DNA of 63,722 nucleotides, counting the filler, from Globobulimina sp. (taxonomy: Eukaryota): assembly GCA_003354225.1 (NCBI GenBank). It is 47 parts of 47 records of this genome, joined end to end, with 100 filler letters (N's around TTAATTAATTAA, not from the genome) between each part and the next. Parts side by side here need not be neighbours in the genome. Positions count along the whole stretch, not along the records: positions 59,754 to 61,010 come from PIVH01019981.1; positions 61,111 to 62,366 come from PIVH01019982.1; positions 62,467 to 63,722 come from PIVH01019983.1; 44 more parts are not named here. One strand, 5' to 3'. The first letter of the stretch is position 1. Each line of letters opens with the position of its first letter. Under the pieces are notes generated by a model that was given only the letters and a program-made list of their open reading frames with translations, did not search any database and was not told the origin of the DNA. Positions 60,403-63,722 of this stretch are shown here, one piece after another. The translations under genes were made by a program, and so were the position numbers.

Positions 60403-61010
60403 ATGTACGTACAACCTCAAGGATATGCTGTGGTACAACCTCATCAAATACAACCTGTACCCCAACAACACCAATATCAACAAAGAATGGCACAACAACA
60501 ACCATATCAACAGATTCCACAGCAAGTAGCAGGATTTGAGCCTGGGCAAAATCAAGTTTGATATGTCCCTTTAATTATATTTCCGACATCAATTATGTAT
60601 ATTTCCTTAATAGTACTATTATTATTATGTAGGGTGTGAAGGACAGTTAACAGACATCTGTCCCACACAACAAATGATTCAACATACAAACATTGAAGAA
60701 GGAAAAATGAATTATCAAGCATGTGGTGGATCGCTATCTTCACCAAAACTAATTGAAGACGCATTGTTGAAGGAGGCACCAACGAGCCCAGCCTTACTAT
60801 ATAACTCACGCAATAATACATATTCAATGCCAGTAAGAAATATTGAAATCTCTGCACAATTTTACATTGCCACCGCCTTTATCTCAATGAACATTACATT
60901 TGCAAATACTTCAAATTCTAAAGTAAATACGTTGTTTATTTTGCCCTGTACCGGCACTGTAACGTCGACAAAAGTAAATATTAATAACGGTGCAAGATAT
61001 TTGGATACGA
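60403..61010 (+). CDS. VIT (vault/inter-alpha-trypsin) domain protein, N-terminal part with a probable Gln-rich first exon
   Basis: MPVRNIEISA...AFISMNITFAN...LFILP..GTVT is VIT-like; upstream QP-rich frame from ATG 60403 (splice junction not resolved). Confidence 0.55.
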
Positions 61011-61110
61011 NNNNNNNNNNNNNNNNNNNNNNNNNNNNNNNNNNNNNNNNNNNNTTAATTAATTAANNNNNNNNNNNNNNNNNNNNNNNNNNNNNNNNNN
61101 NNNNNNNNNN

Positions 61111-62000
61111 GGTGTTAGCTGCTGAAACTTAAAAATATATACAATACCAATACTGCTTTCAATCCGATTTATTCCACAATACATTGATGTTAATATATTA
61201 GCAATGGCCATACCATACGTATCATGAAAATGTACGCCTAACATATTTGCATCAATATTATGACACTCAGTGAATATGGCATCCAATAATTTATATATTG
61301 AATGACTCGCAGCAATGCCAATTGTGTCGCACAAAAATATATTCTCAATTTTAAATCCTCTCAAATTGAAATCATTTGATAACTGTTTGATTAGTTTAAC
61401 AATCTGTGATGGTTCGATATATCCTTCATATGGACAGCCAAAAGCGCACGCGATGCCAATTCGGACCACAATATCAATCTTATTCTCACATACTGTGTGT
61501 AATATATTCATCAATGATTCATATGATTTATGCATGCCACAGTTCATATTTTGTAATGAAAACGAATTTGATGCGGATAAAACATAAATGACTTCTTTTA
61601 CATTGCACTCAATTGCTCTCTGCAATCCTTTCTCATTCAATATCAATGCAACATATCTTGTACTTTTATCCATATTTAATGTATCAAAGACTTGCTGGGA
61701 ATTCGCCATTTGAGGCACGGCTTTTGGTGATACAAAGCTCCCGCACTCAATCTTTGTCATTCCAGATGCGATTAACTTATTTATTAATTCGACCTTGATC
61801 TCGCATGGAATAATATTACCGTTACAATGTTCATTCTGTAATCCATCGCGAGGGCCAACATCCGTAATTTCTGCTTTTAATGGTAATGGTGCAATCCATG
61901 AGAATTTTGTATGCAATTGTTCATTTAAAGCAGATGATAACCAGTATTTTGGTAAATTAAACAAGCACTGATGCCTTCCAATTCGGAATGGTGACGCCAT
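61111..62000 (-). CDS. HMGCL: Hydroxymethylglutaryl-CoA lyase (mitochondrial), partial
   Basis: DVGPRDGLQNE, SFVSPKAVPQMA, AFGCPYEG, LCDTIG, VHFHDTYGMAIAN. Confidence 0.95.
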
Positions 62001-62056
62001 GGTTGTAGTGGCTTTTCACAGTTTATTTTCTGTGACGCGGCAGTTTAACTTGCTCT

Positions 62057-62366
62057 ATGGGTTGTTGTTGTGCACGAGCTTCAAAACTGACAACACTGGC
62101 AGTGACAGGTAGTAGTGATTCTGATCAAAATGATGGCAGTGATATAAATATTGCATATGCCAATGATGCCACTGGCACTGTTGAAGAAAGTGGAAGATTG
62201 TTAGACTTAGAGTCAGACAATGAAAAAGAAACTCAAGAGTGTGGACACTTTCTAAGAGATTTTCATTCTGTGGGTCAGCAACATGTTGACCATGTTGTGA
62301 ATTTTGTTCAACATGTAATCATTTTAAGAGTTTCTATTGTAACTTTAGAGATACAACATGTTGAAC
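62057..62366 (+). CDS. Predicted N-acylated protein, N-terminal fragment
   Basis: Starts MGCCC; open to the contig end. Confidence 0.6.
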
Positions 62367-62555
62367 NNNNNNNNNNNNNNNNNNNNNNNNNNNNNNNNNN
62401 NNNNNNNNNNTTAATTAATTAANNNNNNNNNNNNNNNNNNNNNNNNNNNNNNNNNNNNNNNNNNNNCAAGCATTACAATCTTTCAAGTCACAAGAGATGA
62501 ATCTGGTTCAGATTCAGACTCAGACTCTGAAGATATTTTTATCCCATGGATTATA

Positions 62556-63713
62556 TTGGACGAAGCAGATGAATCAACTTCAGAGTATGATTCGTTTGGA
62601 TTCAGTATCCAGCTAACATTTTCAGCAGCAAAACAGAGATATCGTCGTAACATACTTAAAAAGTTATTTTTATTATCAAAATCAGTCAAATACGAAAGTA
62701 TTCCCGGCCTCAATAAGAGACGTAGGGTTGAATTAACAGATCCAAGTCAGTTGAATAAGATGGAAGACAGGATGTTTTATTGTTGTCCACAGGTCAGACA
62801 TGTTCAAAATTCGCGAAACAAACATGGTAGAACTACGGATCAATTAACCAAACATAAGGAATCAAGTAATTCATCGCGAAACAAAAAAGGAAGAACTAGG
62901 AAACAAAAAATTGCTCATAAAATATCAAGAAATGCTGCGCGAGATCAGAGACGTGCCCAACAATCAGGCAATGGTAATTTTACAGACGCGACTGTTTTTC
63001 CGAGCGATGAACAAATTAAAACACTTAGACTGCAAGACGTCAATATAGCGATGGCTACGTGTTGTATGCTCAGTAATCAATATAAGACAGATCAAGAAAA
63101 AACGCAGCAATTAGATTTTAATATTAACAAAGAAGAAATTCAAGAGCAATGGAAATCTGCAATGGGACACTTACACGAAAATATCCGCAGCAATTTCCTT
63201 CCACCCAACCAACAATACGAAGAGAGCATCACAAAAATCATTACTGATTATTTAATACCAAACCCTGGCTCGGAACAGAGAGAAGAAGAATTTAATGATG
63301 CGTGTGTATTTTGTCTACACAGAATGCAATTATATGATAGAGAGAGTATCAGAGAGGAATCGAGACACGAAAAATTGAAATTTAACAAAGGATATAATTG
63401 GTTTTAAAAGATGGTTAATAAGAATTTGTCATGTTATTCATGTAAATGTTTACATTTATCTATAATGACAAAAGCACAAGCCATCCAAAAACATAAAATA
63501 TTACGAGGTTGTGATGATTTCTTCAAAACATTGATATACAGAGGACAAAGTGCCTATATTGTAAGAGGAAATTCATCCTATGGAACAGATACATATTTTC
63601 GTGTTGACGAGATTCAAGCAAAAGTTTTCATTTTAGAACAAACCCTAAAGAAAAAAAGACAATTGCAAGAAGCCTCAGAACAATTAATAACCAAAAAACA
63701 AAAACTTTTGTAA
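62556..63713 (+). CDS. Hypothetical protein(s): two ORFs in the same frame separated by a single TAA (63405-63407)
   Basis: ...TGG TTT TAA AAG ATG...; 283 + 100 aa; CxxC motifs on both sides. Confidence 0.45.
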
Positions 63714-63722
63714 ATCATTGTA

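Noticed and set aside
1261-62466. Regularly spaced TTAATTAATTAA motif as a biological repeat, and any gene neighbourhood across N-runs
   Set aside because: It is an artificial six-frame-stop linker between length-sorted contigs; ORFs ending in X...LIN are linker artefacts.
1-63722. Window-wide alternative genetic code
   Set aside because: Well-identified genes end at TAA or TGA in expected places and use TGG for Trp; most other interruptions are explained by short GT-AG introns.

Overview
This window is not one locus. It is a concatenation of 47 unrelated short contigs (about 1256-1260 bp, in descending length), joined by an artificial 100-bp-scale linker (N-run + TTAATTAATTAA + N-run), so adjacency across linkers has no biological meaning. 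Most contigs come from an AT-rich, gene-dense microbial eukaryote with mostly short (about 50-75 nt) GT-AG introns. By inference it is foraminiferan/Reticulomyxa-like. Recognisable eukaryotic genes include tyrosinase, a PECR-like SDR with PTS1, HSPA12-like, AIG1 GTPase, GH35 beta-galactosidase, Vps55, an RIIa-domain microprotein, sulfotransferase, Erv1, a RING protein, a CaMK/CDPK-type kinase, expansin-like, cupin, NMNAT-like, a C2H2 factor and HMG-CoA lyase. Three contigs are bacterial (FliD-like, YrbG Ca2+/Na+ antiporter, beta-propeller protein), two hold retrotransposon fragments (BEL/Pao; non-LTR), and several look chimeric. The most unusual signals are: (i) two copies, on separate contigs, of a 62-63 nt tRNA-like element with a shrunken anticodon arm, identical stems and an oligo-T terminator, each downstream of an array of hairpin/palindromic repeats; (ii) a contig with an exact 119-bp terminal repeat, implying a 1138-bp circle or tandem unit with unrecognised ORFs and a hairpin-dense non-coding region; (iii) an in-frame TGA in a cupin gene; (iv) divergent gene pairs with only 54-57 bp between start codons. 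All product calls come from motif recognition by eye; no searches were run.
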